Part shown: one piece after another, positions 22,601-38,800 of the stretch
Numbering within the stretch: the first letter of the stretch is position 1
How the letters are laid out: every line of letters starts with the position of its first letter
Assembly (NCBI GenBank): GCA_023231475.1
Contig: JALJEE010002959.1
Coordinates: 1-64,000 of the forward strand
Reading direction: 5' to 3'
Source of the DNA: Seison nebaliae
Taxonomy: Eukaryota
Length of the DNA: 64,000 nucleotides
Notes under the pieces: generated by a model
Told to the model about the DNA's origin: nothing
Database searches by the model: none
Seen by the model: only the letters and a program-made list of their open reading frames with translations
Position numbers and translations under genes: made by a program

Positions 22601-25600
22601 CGGTTTACATTTTGTCGCAAAATGGAAACGCACCTCTTATCCCAGAAAATTGGGAGTCAAATTGAAATTTTTTCCTCTTCTCTCCTTTCTTCTATTCACA
22701 TACTCCCGTTTTACCAGAAAGTAAATCTTATTCGTATTTATTCCTCTACCACACTTCATTCCATTCAACTTTTCATTTTGTGCACCAATTCTAATCTTGA
22801 CATATTAGTATTTACTTATTTTCTTTTACTACTTCTCTCCACTGATTGTGACAGTATCAAACTTCTTTTGTTCGAATTCTGCAACTTTTCTAAATCAAAT
22901 TTTTTTGATGTGTTAATTGCAATATATTTTATTCTGTCACTGTTATGTATTGACGATGAATGCCAATAGGGCTATTGTCCGGATACCATATTTCTCTCAC
23001 CATTATATCCGTCCAATCACACTCAATTCTTATTCTCATTTCTTAAATTCTCCTTTCTTGCCATTCTTTCTTCCATTCCATAATCGCCTGTCGAATAATA
23101 GACATAGGTACGAATCAACTAAACTACATTTCGTCTATCATCAACTGCTGACGGACTCTAAGTCGTCTCGCAACTTTCCCTTTGTCTAATAAGTACAAAC
23201 GAACGTTTTACATCTTATTTCTATCTACGTTCTCTCATATACATCTCGAAGAGTTAAGGAGAAAAAAAGTCTTTTTGAAAAAATTTCATTAAAATTTTGT
23301 TGACATAAACTTTTATCTTAATCGATTATCCCAAGTAACAATTCCAATTTGTTTATAAGACATAATCGTATGACTTACAACCAGTAATTATGGAAGATGA
23401 TGCAACAACACATTTTCACCCACACAACTGATCGATATACATGAAATGACACATAACAAATTTCCTATCTAATACTCGGCAAACCGGTAATGATTCGCAC
23501 CTCAAAATAGAGTTTGTTAATTGTTTTATGGAATAAATAAAGTGGATTGATGTTTCTGCTCTCCTAACACAATTTCCTCTTTTACTAATCGGCGATTCGA
23601 CGGTAAATGATCGATATATCATTTCTTCCTTCGTCTTCCTTTTCTTCTTGCAACAAACTGAAGAAATTGTTCTAGAAAAATTGGTCTTTCCAAAATTAAT
23701 TTCATTATTATTTCATAATCTAATTAACTTTCAACTGGAACGAGATTAGAGAAAACTCAAGGAATTATTAGAGAATTAAAATATTATTATGAATTTAGAA
23801 AATGAAATTATTATTCAATTCAGTTCCATTCATATTCCTGCTCTGTTACCGCTTTTTCGTCTCGACGATTAATCGAAGGATTAAGACGTATTCCCAAAGA
23901 AGAGCGTAACGAACTCGAACTTTTTCCTTTTTAGAGAAAGGTTTCTGGTTTGACGAGGGTAGACCTTCTCGATTAATAACCATTGTGGATAAATAAATTT
24001 AGATAACCTTCTCCTTCATCATTTGGTGCGAACAGCTTTTGTTCTTTCATGAAATTAAAGACGATTAACTTCATCAATGAATGAAATGCATTTTGCACGA
24101 TGTTGATTCCGTTCAATAATTGCTTCATATGAATGCATTTACATACATACCTTCGTTTCTGTTAACGGACTTTCTTCCATCGTCTCAGTTAAACCGAAAA
24201 GAAAAGTTTTTTTTATATTGTTTACGATCAAATACGATTTTATCAGATGATTTCAATTTGTGCACTAAGAATTCTTCGGTGATATTCATAACATTCCCTC
24301 GAATCAAGAAGATATCATTAAATGAGTGTTTATTCAGATGCGTTATGTCCACAGAAGTATCTGATGAAAAGGAGATTGGTCAACTTCTCTCATCAACACC
24401 AAATTGCACCAACTACTCTTATTGATATTTATCATCAATTTATGATAATTCTACCATCAAATATCTGCGTATTGACGAAGTAATGTGGAACGGTATGCGA
24501 ATAGTTTTCAGTTAATTTCGATTGAACTATTGATTTAATCAATAAATTTAATGAAATCAAACTCATCTGTCGATATCGACGATTGTTCCATCGATTCGTC
24601 AATGTAAATATTTTATTAGATATGAATTGGGAAGGAATCGGTACCTATCGTTTCCTCATCAGTTAGATGGAATCAGATTCATGTAACAGAAAAGAATATG
24701 AATTGTTACAAATAGTTCTCTCATCGAAAATGATCGACGCAAATCAAATCGGTTCCAACCCATAAATAAATGGACTAGAGAATCATAAGGAAAAAATGTC
24801 TCTTTAAATTTTTTTTCAAACAAATTTATTCAGTTGTTATACATTTACATAAGACAGTGAGCGAGAATGAATAAACGAATGAGGTAACAAAAGGAGAAGA
24901 AAGATTATTACGGCGATCAAATGGATAATTTTGGAATAGAATTAATTCATGTTCGCCACAGTCACATCATCGTCTTGTATGTGCCCAAATGTACTGAATA
25001 ATTGGATTAATTAAATCTTATGTTTCGCTTCTCTTCCCATCTCATATGATTATTTTCCTCATTCCCCACATCCTTCCTTCTATCGTCTCCACAATCTATC
25101 TTCCAAGAATAAATTATCACAATTTCTACTCCTCTCACATGTTCATAATAGGACGGAAATTTCGATTTGCTCAAATACTTAAACTTTAAGTTAATCCAAA
25201 TTCAATTTGAAGATTTTCCTCTTAAATGTTTATTTAAGAATTGAGAAGACGTTTCTTCTAGTAATCTGACCTTATCGAGAATTTTATGTTTGATGATCTT
25301 TATCTTTGTTCTGATTATGATAAATTATCAATTTAATTAATATTCCTAGAGTGGGTAGTGTTGGAAGAATTGGTATTCTTCTTTTGTCTCCAATCTAATA
25401 ATGATGTAATCACTTCATTAACATATTGATTGAACAACCAAGTTGTTGTATTGAATAATTTTGTGTCAATTAAATGGTCATCAGTTCTCCCGCACGGGAA
25501 AAACTATTATTTTTACATTTTATCATTTTTTTTTCATTTCAAATAAAAATATGAATTCAATCATATTCATGTATTGGTCAATTGGATTAAATGTAATTAT

Positions 25601-26870
25601 ATTCATCATTTAATCGTTTCTGAGAAAAATAACCATTTGAATACTAAATATTGAAAAAAAGTCATTTTATTATTACTATTGATTTTTCTTTATTTCTTTA
25701 TTTCAACCTTTTATCACTTACTTATAATTACGCATATAAACTGCTTCTTTATTCGTGCCAATTCTAATTTACTCATAATAGTCCTTTCGTCATTAACGAA
25801 TCAATTTGTCCACCATAAAAATAACTTTTAAAGAAAGAAAATTATTAGTAAAACAGAAAATTTCACCAAAGGCCTTCAACGTATTAGACGAAATGTTTAA
25901 CATATTTGATTCCATAACCTGACGGTTTTGGAAATGTTTTCATGATGTTGTTTGATTTTGAACTTATATTATAATATTACATTTTTTATTTATTTGAAAA
26001 TGTCCTTTCTGCTATTTAAAGATGCTTTTTATTTCGAAGAAAAGTTCCTTCCTTTTTGATGGTTTTGAATATGTTTTTGAGTAGTTTGAAATTGACGAGA
26101 AAGATTAAAGACTGAAAATGCCAAAAATTGAAGGGTGATATGAAGAAGTGGATTCATTTAGTAAATGTGTGTGTTTCCAGTAAAGAATGTTGTTTATAAA
26201 TAAATGAAGTGTTCAAGTTGAGCATTTGTATCCGATTGGATTGAAGGTGAATAGAAGAAAATTTATAATTTTCTTTTCTTCCCCTATATTTGGTGCAGAG
26301 TTGTGAAATTGAAGAAAATGAGGATGGAGAAAAAGGAAATTCCTTACATTGTCTACTTTTATTTCAATACTTCGGTTTGCACGAACAATGAATTGACGAT
26401 AACTCTTCATTCTTTAAAATCACTTCCGCCATTATTCCAATTCATTCCATTTATTGAAAATGAGAAATAAACTTTTTTTCTCTTTTATTAATAAAAGCGT
26501 TCTCCTCATTCCTAAATATGTAATTCGGAATTGATTCCGAATAAATGTGCAATAAAAGAAGTTTCCTACATTTTAAATCCGATTCCAAAGTGAATGTGGT
26601 GGTGAGAATATGTATATATTAATTTATATATATATATATATATTAAGTATTCATTTGTTATTCATATAAATACAATCAATTCTTTCTCCTTATTCATATG
26701 ACCGAATCTTATGATTTGACAATGTGGAAATTCTTCAATTTTTATTGATCTCTCAAAAATTTCCTTTTTTTCTCTCCCTCCTCAACCGTTACATCTCATT
26801 AGGAAGGACTATGCAAATTCGATGACATGAAGTTACCACATCTCAATCAACCGCACTTACATTCGTGTCA

Positions 26871-29800
26871 ATGGATGGTATTAAATTGATGAAGTTTCAT
26901 TTCACATCCAATTTCCAAACAAACCGCAAAACCACCAACAACAACAATCGATATTATTCTTACCATAATAAATTTCATTTCAATATATTCCTGTTCTACG
27001 GTTGTCTCACCATATTCGTCAATGGATTATTCGCTCAATCATCATTCCGTTAGAATTCGTCATCTGTTGCTGATTCTCTTTAACGATTCTTCTCCAGTCG
27101 AATTTCCATGGCAGAAATTTACAATACGACAATATGAAAAAGCATATCTATTTTGTCGTAAACATCATCCGTCCAAATATACGGTCACATGGAAGAAGCG
27201 ATCGCCGGATGATTCAATACAGAAGATTCTTTCAATTAATTCCGATTATGAATTTATTGATAAATATCATGAAATCTTAAAGATCGATAAAATACTTCAG
27301 AAACATTCTGGTACATATATTTGTCAAACAAATGCAGGTGTCAATGAAGTGAACGTGAATGTGATACAAAGTGAATATTTTCATTTTTTATTTTCATCAA
27401 TTTCTCATTCTCTCATCAAATCGTTTAAGATTCCCCAAATATTTTCCGTTTGAAAAATTCGCAGCAATCAGACGAAACGAGAACCATCGAACTTGGTACG
27501 AGAGCTCAGATACTTTGTCGAATCAAAGAATTTTATTTAAATATTAATGTTTTCTGGTTTCACAATTATCGTCTACTATTAACTGATAATCGTCGTTCAA
27601 TTGGTACCAACGGTAATTCTTTCCATTTTCCACTTCGCCAAATCATTCACACATTTTCATATATCCCCAATTTAGGAACGCTCATCATCCATAAGAGTGA
27701 CGAAAGTGATGACGGAGTTTATATGTGCTCGATCGTTATGCATCGAAATGAAATCATTTATTCTCCAACAACCACATTGAACGTCAGAGGTTTCTTTTTT
27801 CTTCTTTCAACAATTTACAGTGAAATAACTCAAATCATAAATTTCAGAACGTGAAGTACATCCATATATCACTCGAATATTTATCGCCAATTATTTCTTG
27901 AAGAGTTCCGTCGATAAATCAGACAAATCGATAACGAACTTCTTCATGCTACCATTTTCTGGCGAATCGTTACTACGTCCGAAAAAACCGATTTTATTAA
28001 GTTGTGTGGCGAACGGTTCTCCACTACCCAAAGTCGAATGGCGACAAAAGCCAAGTTATTTTTCATAAATTCTTCTATAAATTTCAATTGTCGTCGATAG
28101 ATAATCGATTATTGAGAGATAGTGATCCATTAAGAATACGATCTGTTACTAATATCAATGATCTGAGAGAATTATCGTCATCAATCTCATCTACCTCATT
28201 CTATGCCCAAGCGATAATTTCGTGCAGTGCAAAGAACCGTTTAGCGACATCGACGATAATGATAAATGTTAATTTTCCATCTAAACAATTACCGAAACCT
28301 GTCGATTTGATGATTCGTGTCAACATTCCCAATTATGTGGAAGTTGAATGGAATATGAATGAAATAATTTATTTCTTCTTAATCGAACCCAAATCTTCCT
28401 GTAATAATTTCCATTCGACGGGAAATTATGTTGGGAAATCATTAACGTCAGCAACCTCATCGAAATATTTCAAGGAGTATTGTCAATCGAATACGGAGCA
28501 GAAAATGAATAACATTCTCATCAATGATGATGTGGTCTTCTCCGATGAATATAATGCACAATATAATATCGATTCATTAATTTCGTCCAAATCATCGACA
28601 AATTTCAATTCGCAAATGAATGTCAGAAAAGTAGCTCATTTGAATCATTTCAATTCGTTAGGTATTGATCACTTCCAAATTAGAACGTGCGAAGTATTTC
28701 GTCGTTCTTCCATCAGCACATATCACGTACCATTATCCCAGACACTGTGTCTCAATCAAACGGTGAAGATGCAGGATTTCATTATGAATCATCGACGCGT
28801 AACAGTTAATTTATTCTCTTCAATTCTATTTCATTTTTACTTTATTTTTTATTTATCAAGTTAAAAAATTTGAAAAGTGCAACATCATACGCTACACACG
28901 TCCTGGCTCATAACCAGATTTATGGTTATGGTAAAGCGTCGGAAGCACTGATTTTCCGCACACATCGTTCATCTAATACCAGTTGGATTTTCGACAATTG
29001 TTTGCTTAATCTATTCAAATGATTTTTATAGTTAATATTAAATGTCGAAGTGTAACGGCAATGTCGGTGAACGAATCAGTAATATCGTTAGGATGGAATG
29101 TTTATGTTCATAAAGAAGAGGAAGTATTCTTATCAGTTCGTAATATTTCTTTGAAATCACTTTCACTCAATTCTCTCTCTTTAAGTATTTCAAGATGTAT
29201 TATACCGCTGGTCTAGGTAGTCGTCATCCGATGGAATCCTGGACAGTTCATCGAACTGATCATTTATTATTCCAACAAAACTTTTTGGTTGATGCCGAAT
29301 TACTGGAACATCATCATATTTATGTGAGATTGTGTGCATGCTTATCGAATGGACTTTGTGGAACATTGTCCGACGTTCTCACCATCCCAATTGACAATGT
29401 CAGATCAAACCGTTTCACATTTCATCACTTTCGTCATCGGTCGACTAATTTGACTTTTTTAATTTTCAAAGCGATCAAAGCTAAATATGAAATTTTGGAT
29501 TTTAAAGGAGAAGTTCTCTCATCAAATTCCCTATTTGTTCATTGGAAGATGAAGGGCATTGTATCACCAAACGAACCGTCACGTTATCTCCTACAATTTT
29601 GGTACGATGATGAAAAAATGAGTTTCGTAGAAAAAATTCCGAATTGAATTGTCAATAATTTTCGTTTTGAAGGAAATGAAAGTCGATTGATTGTCAGAGA
29701 CATTTCCTCACAGATTCGTTATCTTACTAAAAGTGTACGATGGTCGATTGTGTTGGATGATCTATTATCGTATAGAGCATACAATTTGCAATTGCAATTG

Positions 29801-32800
29801 GTGGATAGGAAAGCTGATATTCTTGCAGTAAGTAATATTGTTTCATTAAGAACTCGAGAGTATTGTTAGTACATTATTTATTCCTTCATCATTCCGTTTG
29901 GCACCATTGCGGCCATTATATGTCAAAGACGTAATAAAGCACAAGATATGCTCTGTTCTCACGACTTGATGTCGGGAACATAAAGAAAAATGATTCTTCA
30001 TCACAACAATTTCTTGATGATAGTATTTGATTGTTGATTTTGATTATCATTCACATTTCCTTATTTCATTGTGCAATTCTTCAGGTGCTTTCCACATTGT
30101 CGCCCACACCATCACTCACTCGAATCGCAAGAGACTATTACCAGAAAAATAATAATGAAAAAATTTTATGTTCATCAATGAACGAATGGTTAATAATCAT
30201 CTCTAATGATTTTTCAGAATTAAATGTTTATTTCCCAATAAAACTTTCTTTCCTGAAATTAGTTGAGATGACAAAAATTTCCAACACCAGTTCGTTCGTT
30301 CGTTTATTTTTGGAGGAAAATTTCCATCCAAATTTCCATTACCAATCGTACTGAGAACATTAGGTAACGGAAGTGTCGAATTTCATAATTTATTATTTGT
30401 TTCCAACTTTAATTCCTTCCCAATTTACTTCTTACTCGTCTTCTTCTTCTTTTTCTTCTCCTTCTTCTTCTTCTTTACGAGGGAATTGCGGGGAAGATTT
30501 CCCAATAACTAAAGGTAAAAATTTCAAGAGAATGATGAGACACTCAAAAGCTGACGAGTAATTTCTCGTATGGGTCAGGCGTGAAAAAGAATTTGTTTCT
30601 TTTTCTATCCTTCATCGTCGACCTGCTCTAACAATAAGTAAGTTATGGAAATTATGAGAACTGCCATCCTGAATTACTAAACTGATTTTCTTCTCATTCT
30701 TCATCATCTTCTTTTTTCCGAAGAAATGAAATTGTACTTCCGCCAATTGAAAGCGAAACGTATCAATTAGGTTCATCGATGATGACGACGATGATAATGA
30801 TAATGATGATGATGATGATGGCATCAACAATTAACATCCATAACCTACACACAATAACCGAAGTTAGCTAATATGAAGTGGTACTTGTGAAAATGAAGAA
30901 AATAAATAGATAAATAATATTTCGTTTGTTACTCGGGTGTAATGAGTGAACATTCTTATTATTATGATTATTAAGAGAATTGATGAATATCATCCGTATT
31001 AGATGTTTTCTTTAAGTATTGCGATTCATCCAATATACATGACTGAGAAAAAAAAACGAGAGGAATTAATGGGGAAAAAGAAGAATGTTCGTTTAGAAAT
31101 CGTTTGGGATAATGTCGACAATTGTTTGCAATGGGAAACGCAAAAGGAAAGGTGACGAGGCAAAAGAATTATTCTTCTTCTCGCAGGCAACTTATATTGG
31201 AATGAGGAGAATTGTTTCTACCCATTTTCCAGAAAGATGTAAGTACCAAACAATAACAGGAAAAAATATGAAAATCTGTATTACCTGCCAAAGGCACATG
31301 ATGATGATGATGATCGACTCCATCATATCGACACACTTCGTTCTTTTGTGGCGGTAGAGGAATATGACTCTGTTCAACCCAATTTCTGATAATACTGATA
31401 ATAATCATAACAACATATATGATGACGTTACTGATGAATTTTAATCAGGTAATTTTTGTCAAACATAGTGATAAATCTCACGTTACTATCTATATATATC
31501 TGAACATGCTCAATAAATAAATTTGTATTAAGGCAGTTCGATTGGCAATGAATATTATTTCTCCTTTCCGCGAATAACTGATTTTCTCCTTCCTGCAAAA
31601 TTTCATTCGATTTCAACGATTGCCACATCTTAGTCGAAATTTTCTGGAAATAAATCAAATTCTTTTCAACTGCCTCTCAGTTGTTGGTCGATTGTGTGGT
31701 AAGTTCGATAATTTCCGGAAATAATCTCTCCATTTCCTTCATCGATAAATTTAATAGATGAATTTAATTGGAACTGATTAGAATTTGAGTAAGAAACTCA
31801 TTCCCCGTTCGACTGTCGAGTTATGTGACGAAATTGAATGATATGAGTCGATGAAAGTTCTGCCGACGACACTCCTAATCGTCGATACACGTGAAAATGA
31901 TTCACTTTCCACATGTTTCTCAGGAATGCTTTCTCATCGATTCCATCGCCGTCCTCTTTCTTTATTCTTTCATTAGAACTAATAATTAATGGTCGTTCAT
32001 CTTCAGAGAAATCAATAAATTATTATTCCAGTTCCACTCATTATCTTCATTATATTTTTCGTGTTCATTATTATAAGGCAATTCCCGCGGAAATCGTCAA
32101 AAGAGAATTCTATACAATAATTAGATGGGAGAAAAATAGTCTAATGCAATTTAGTGAGAGGGTAGTCGATGTACAATCATTGATTTTTATAAGGCCTCAC
32201 CATGCGGTTTTTCTATTTCATTTCTAAAATTGTACGACATCGGTTCGTTTCATCTTTGTTTAGTTTCGCACAAATGATTATTCTAACATTATTCTCACCA
32301 ACATCTCTTTCGTTGGCCACTGATTCCTTCCACTGAACATACATCTGTTATCATCATTATTTTCCATTCTCACCATCACAACCATCACCACCATCACCAT
32401 CATTGGAAGAATTACCATAAAACTCAAAAGAAAACTTTCCCCCCATTTGGAAACGATGTTGGGTCCAAGAAGAGGAATATCGAAATATCTTCATTGAAAA
32501 ATGATTAAATTGCATTCGAATGAACAATTTCTCTAATTGTTCTACCGACGACTATCAAATGGAACCATTCACCTCATATCAATTAGGAAGGGGTTGGAGA
32601 ATGTGAGAATTTATCGATCTTCTACCAAATGTTTAAGTGATGTTCTGGAGGAGATTTCGATGTAAGTAATATCCGAACGAAAACTTATTCTTCTCCTCCA
32701 ACTTCAATTAATTAAAATCGTTTTAGATTTCTTCATACATCTGTCTACAAAATGAAAAAATTTGACGTTGATGACCGGCATCGTTTCTTTATGTAAATAC

Positions 32801-35800
32801 TATGTCATCGATCTGTAAATGAATTCTGTCCGATTACGAGAAAATGAAGAATGTTTGTAAACAATCAAATTATCCCCTCTTTCTTTACTGTTGTTATTTT
32901 AATAATTCTTCTTATATTCTCATTCTTCAAATGTTTATTTTGTCTGTTTTCATTAATTATCATCGAATTCGATATTCTTCTACCATTTCACGTTCATCCG
33001 TTTTACCAGGTAATTTATCGTCATATCTCTTTCCATTCATGCATATCTGGAATGCCGAAAGTTATCTAATTCCATTGAATTTGTTCCAATGATCATCGAC
33101 ATTTCAATAATCACTCTAAACATTTCAAGATGGGTTTTCCTTAAAAGAATTTTTTCAAATTTCAAATTTAATTTCAACTTTTATTCTATCGATTTTATAA
33201 TAATAAGAATTTATTCATTGATGATGGAAAAGGTGTATGTTTCAGGGAAAGATTTATTTGATTTTATTTCGAATTTCCGAAGGATTTAGATGAAAATGAT
33301 AATGAGAATTTTAGAGAAGAATATTTAATTTATTATTCGTTCATGAACGAATGAACGATAATTACTCTTGTGTTGTTGTTGTGTTTAATAGGATTTGAGA
33401 TGTTCATCTAATGAAAGCTTTAGTGAAGAATTGCTAAAGATTTCCGCATCGATCTCTTGCAAATGTTGATGGTTATTATTGAAAATTTCTTATATTCGCC
33501 AGTTATTTGTTTTGGATGAAACTTTTTAGTTATTTCTCTCTTAATTTTCTGTCTAATTCATCTATTGATGTTTTCTTCTTTCATGACGAAGATACATCGT
33601 CATAATATCTCACAATTCCTTTCCGGAGAGAATGTTCCTCCAATTCTCAATTTATTTATATTTCCCCCGCTACCAGAGACATACAAACGTAGACGATTCG
33701 GAATAACATTGATCATTCGTTCCTTCTACCACCTGCGAACCTGTTTTGTTTTTCGTTTTTTATAAGAAAATCGAAAAAGTTTTTCGGAGAGAAAACCGAG
33801 AATTCGCTTCTCAATCGCTTTCCTTATTCTTTTATTGATTCAATGGAGACTGGAAGTCATGTCGATATTGTGCAGGTAGTTAAACAAGTAGGGAGAATAG
33901 TTGAATAATGTTTGAGGAGAATGAATTCTTTTAAATTTCTTTTTTATAGATCATCGATTTTTTTCTCGACATTTCTTAGTCAATCTCCGATTCTTATCTA
34001 TTAATCATTGACATAATTCATTTGCTAACCATTAATAAATGAAATTTTTTCTTTTGTTTCATTATGATTGTTTTCCTTCTAATACAATATATTCATTAAC
34101 ACATAATCGACCTTTTCTGTAGAGATTGCTATTTCGTAGTTGTATTGGAGGGACAATACTACCATGATATGCATCGCCACTTCTCTTACACTCCTTATTT
34201 ATCTTACAAATAATCAATCGATTACATAACAATTTAAGCACATTTATTTTAAAGAAAGTGTAAGCCAATTCAAATAAGACTCCATCAAATTATCTTTCAT
34301 TTGCCATTTCTTATGTTTATTCGTCAACTTTCAGCCCTTCATCTCCGAATGGAAATGAAAGATTAGAACGGTTAATTCTCCTTCTATCTCTCTCGAACGA
34401 TCGAATGAAGATTTGGAGTGAAACTCTCAAAATATTTGTTAATCTTTCCAAATTAATTTCTTTCATATCAATCTCACTTGTCCGTCTCTTTCATTTTGTT
34501 CCCGAGACGGTAATAGTATAAGGATTGCGGTCACTTCACAATCGGATTAGCAAGAACAATTAACTCGATTCTTTTTGTTGGACATTCGCTTCTTACGGTT
34601 TCACATTCCTCCAACCATTCTCCAACATCTTCTGAAGAAGTTATTCGGCGGAATTAGAAAATTACTGAGAAGAGAATGGATAGACATGTAAAATGATCGT
34701 CGTCGTCGTCCTCCTTGTCCTGTGAAGAGACCGGTAATGTGGTCTGACTATTAGAGAGGATTCCGATTAGGTTTCAGCTCCTGATAAGAGAAAGTTGAAT
34801 GAATTTCGTTTTCTTCTTCTCATTCGATTTTGATTACTACTTGAGGGTACAACATATTAAACTGTTTCTTTTCTTTTTTATAGTCATCATGAAGGCCGGA
34901 AGATTTGGAGAGAATGTAAATTAAAGACTATTTAATACCAAATAAAAGAATAATATGAAAATTTGCACGAAAATAAAATGGAGAGACTTCTAATTACTTG
35001 TCGTCACTTTTTTTCCATACTGTCGTTCTCTTCCGATTCACTTCACATCTGATGTCATACGGGTCGTTTGCCTTCAATCATTCGTTCTGTCTTTTTCTCC
35101 TTCAATTGCATCCTTTCTTATGTGTTTCTATTCTCGTCCGATTGGATTTGTTGAATGTAAACGATTATCTTTTAGACCCATTATTTCCCAATTTACTTTT
35201 CTTTCTAACTAACGTCAACTAATGAAAATAATTATTTCGATTATTAACTTCTGATTTCATTTCTTTTTCGTGTTTTTATCTCCTCCATTTCTTCTCCTGT
35301 CATCCTCTCCCCTCCTTATCTTGTTGTTCATGGACGATAAAAAGAAAACTTTCCATTTATCTTACGCCAATGTTTATCCATCTAATTCTTATTATTATTG
35401 GCATAACAGGAACATTTTGCTTTTATTAGAAATCAAGTAAATAAGTCTCTCCTGCACACATCTATACTATATCCGCTCCACCATACATAGATACCTTGAA
35501 GGATTAATAAATTCAATAACTTTTCTTTATTCAACAACTTCTGTCTCCTCAGTTCTCTCGACATCCTTCTCTTCACGCCATCTATTACCAGCCACTCCTA
35601 CAGGTACAACTACCTATATTAACAAAATCAAAAAAAGTTCTTTAATGTATTTTCAGGAAAAGCAAATGAGAAGTTTACTTTATTAAAAGAATCTATAACA
35701 TATTTGTATTATTATGAATATCTTTCCTTTCTCTTCCATTGTTAACATTCATCCCTTACAAAGATTGACAAGGCCGCCAAAATTTTATCTTGTCAACAAA

Positions 35801-38800
35801 TGCTTTTCAGAAGAAAACTGAAACTAAACCTCTTCCTTTTCCTTAGATAGAACCTTTTTCACTTCTCTCATGTAACATTTCTTTAGGGATTTACAATTCT
35901 TTTTTCAAAACTAATTCTCCACTCTCTCGAATAAATTGTATGCAATAACCAGAAATGCCACCAACTTGGTGCCACGTGCTATTACATCATTTCACTCGGA
36001 CAGTTCTACTTCCTCAAAATTGAAAAAGAAACAAGTGTCGTTGCTTCTTTATTCCATACCCTTTCAACACAACGACAACTCTCATCAGCACCGTCAGTAC
36101 AGACAAATCAGCAACAAAGCAACAAATCATAACATTTAAATCATGATACACGGTAGAGTAAACTACCGTCGCCACTCCCTCCCCTCACACTACTTTAATT
36201 TTGGAGGGTTATGATTTGTTGGAAATGTCTTTCAGTATTCAGGTGAAAAAAAAAATTTTGTCTTTTCTACTTTTCTCTCTCGTGGAAATGTCAACAGTTT
36301 AGCGTTTTACGTAATTAATCGCATGGGGAAGACGGAACCAGAATGACATGATGTCAATCAGATATTGGTAGGTGAGAACGCGACTATATTTTGGTCATGG
36401 CTGGAGAGACTCCACTTATTTGAATATTGTAATGATTCTAAAAAAAAAATAGTTTTATATTCTTATGGTTATGATTATGTAATGAGAAGAGTAATGTTAA
36501 ATAATTTGGATAAGTTTCATTGTTCATTCTATTTTCTCCGTTTTAATCGAATGGGAAAGTATGTTATTTTATCGAAAACTTAAAATTAATCGATAATTCT
36601 CGGTATTATTCTAATCACCTTTATCCATCTTTTCACATAGTTTTCTCTCTTTTTTTTTTGAGGATAGTAATTAAACATATTTCTTTTTCTTTTTAGATAC
36701 GTTCACTTCGCGCTTATTATTTTATCATTTGTCACTAAACTTAAAGATCGATTGGATTGATATCAACATCAATCGATTAATTCATTCTTATCGATTTATT
36801 TTCTTCTTTCACTTGAGAACAGAAAAAGGAATTTTTAAATTTTCTTCTTTCTATCACGTGGAAATATTCAATTTTCAATATATTATGTAGCAACATGTAA
36901 TTACCGTAATGAGTTCCATTCTTCTGATATCAGGAGAAGAATTGAAAGAAGAAATTTTACGACAAAATTTCCCAAAATTATTTCAAGAACTTTCCTCTCC
37001 ATTTTCTCCCACACCCAATTTCCACACAATCGACTTCCCATTCATCATGGTAGTCATTCGAAAACAAATTAATTTCCAATGTAATCTTATATCAAATTCT
37101 CTTTATTGTTCTTGTTCTTCCCAAAGAGAAATATCATAATTTTTTCTAACTATCTAATTTAATGTATCATCTTTCCTTATCTCTCGAAATAGAGATACCG
37201 TTTTGCCAATCACTCATTTGGCACCTCTCTCCCGCTTAGGTGTATCTGCCACTGAGAAAGACACTGGTAGATGATATACTTCAAATAATTAAACTTGAAT
37301 ACTAAACTGATAATTATATTTGTCAGATTTTTCGAAACGAAAAATGGTTTCTTTTTTTTAATGTCAATGATCCGACGAATTCATACGATTCTCTTCCTCT
37401 CTCTCAATCTATTTCGGGAAAGATAACGATAATGAAACAGCTAGAACTAATGTTATTCATACGGAACATGTATTACATAGAAATTGTACTTAAATGTCTT
37501 CTACTTAATTGAAAGGATGATTGCTAGTACGAGATGGACATGCGACTCGAAGAATTTAGATTGGAATCGACTGCAAATCAAAAAGAAGAAATGTTTCAGA
37601 AAAATAACTTTCCAAAACTGATTTTTTCATTCTCCCATTATCAGTGATGGTTAATTTCATCACATCGATTTTTTATTGATAAATTTCCCAATCTTATAAA
37701 TATCATACTCGTCATCATGTTAAATGTTACACTTCAACGATCTTCCTTATCGACTCAGATAATGTTACCAAACCATTCCTACCATCATCAACTTTCTATT
37801 AAATGGGACGTTTAATTATTGTATAATAACGTATCTATTCGATGATTATCGATATTTCGAAGAAAATAAAATGGTTTTAACACAAAAAAATGGTATCAAA
37901 TAAATTGTGGTTAATGGGAATTTTAACATTTATTTCATCATTGCCAATTAGAAGAATATCAACTTTTTCTTCAAGTTATTCCATCGAAAGAAGTTTTTTG
38001 AGGAATTCCTTTTTCCTGTCTAAATGACTGAATGGATGGATATCAGTAAGCACTTTGACAACTTGAATTTTTTCTATCTCTCTCAAATCGCCACCTCTCC
38101 AATAAGTAGAGAGTGTCTAGAAATTCTCATCGAGATAGAAGAAGAAATGTAGCGATAGTGCATAAGAATAACATCTCCAATGACAACGAAAGTAGAAGAG
38201 AATATATTCTCTTCCATTATAATAACCGTAATATGGAATGATAATGAACAAGAGGAATATTTGCTCTGCATTCTCCCTAAAAAAAAAGAAACGACAGGTC
38301 GTCGAAATATGAAGTTATGGAAGAGGAACCTTGAAGATTTTATGTTATTTAAGCATCACCTGTTCCGTTCAACATCGATAGTGGTAAATTCCTACTGAAT
38401 TTTATTAGAAATTTTTTTATTAATAATTTTATAGAAATTCGATTGATTCGCTAAAAAATTGTTGTTGGAGAGATCTCGTTATGACGATGACTCTCTTAGT
38501 AATAATCATTATTTTCCTCCTAATGTTTATCGGCAAATAGAAGAGGAATATTAAGCAATTAATTATAATAGAGCAAACGAACAGTAATTTTCTAAACGGG
38601 AATATTATACACATATTTATGTGCAATTCAATGGCAAATTGTTTTTGGTTTATCCAACATTGAAATGAATGAGAATTTACTAAATATTTCTCATATCACT
38701 TCGATTTTAGTTGATTGAGGTAATGCCATATCGACCATATATTAACAAATAAATGGTTTTTTCCTTTTTCCATTTTCCGGTTTCTGCCACCTGACAAAAA

